From the human T2T-CHM13v2.0 reference genome, Homo sapiens, in NCBI RefSeq assembly GCF_009914755.1, contig NC_060939.1: a stretch of DNA of 64,000 nucleotides. One strand, written 5' to 3'. The notes beneath the pieces were generated by a model. The model was not told the origin of the DNA. It saw nothing but the letters and a program-made list of their open reading frames with translations, and searched no databases. The first letter of the stretch is position 1. Every line of letters starts with the position of its first letter. The translations under genes were made by a program, and so were the position numbers. Positions 63,720 to 64,000 of the stretch are shown here, one piece after another.

Positions 63720-64000
63720 AATTGCCTGAATGGCTCAGAAGGGAGAGCTGTTGTGGCCAGAGAAGCTGCTTGTTATGTAATCCACATTAGTACAAGATAA
63801 TCATAAGATGAGCTGTAAGTATAGTGGGTGTTAGATCACTGCTGGGTCTTATTTAAGGTGGCAGGGGTGTTAGGGTAACATTTAGAAGTTGAGAGCAAAG
63901 AGTAAGGTTTGTTTTGACTTTATACAACACTTGAAGTAAAAAGCAGTTTGTTTTGTTTTCAGGCATAAAGATATCCATCCATGTGTTTGTTGTGTTGTTT

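Overview
Primate (almost certainly human) non-coding DNA. It is extremely Alu-dense, with roughly 75 Alu/FLAM copies by my count, on a background of old L1M, L2, MIR and DNA-transposon fossils. I find no credible protein-coding exon. The one clear gene-derived feature is a full-length processed GAPDH pseudogene on the minus strand (27900-29171) with several frameshifts. The large L1 blocks and this pseudogene are all antisense to +, and the + strand is T-rich, which suggests the window lies inside one long intron of a + strand gene. From memory, not verified, this matches GAPDHP61 in the large intron after the circRNA-forming exon 2 of ZNF609. I cannot support a wholly new biological system. 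The best leads are a retrotransposed 3' fragment of Y4 RNA, two orphan micro-retroinsertions with target-site duplications (TSDs), a repeatedly reused insertion site around the pseudogene, two templated-repair scars, candidate recursive-splice/micro-exon sites, closely spaced inverted Alus, and E-box/TALE motif clusters in the repeat-free islands. Repeat boundaries and subfamilies were judged by eye and are approximate.
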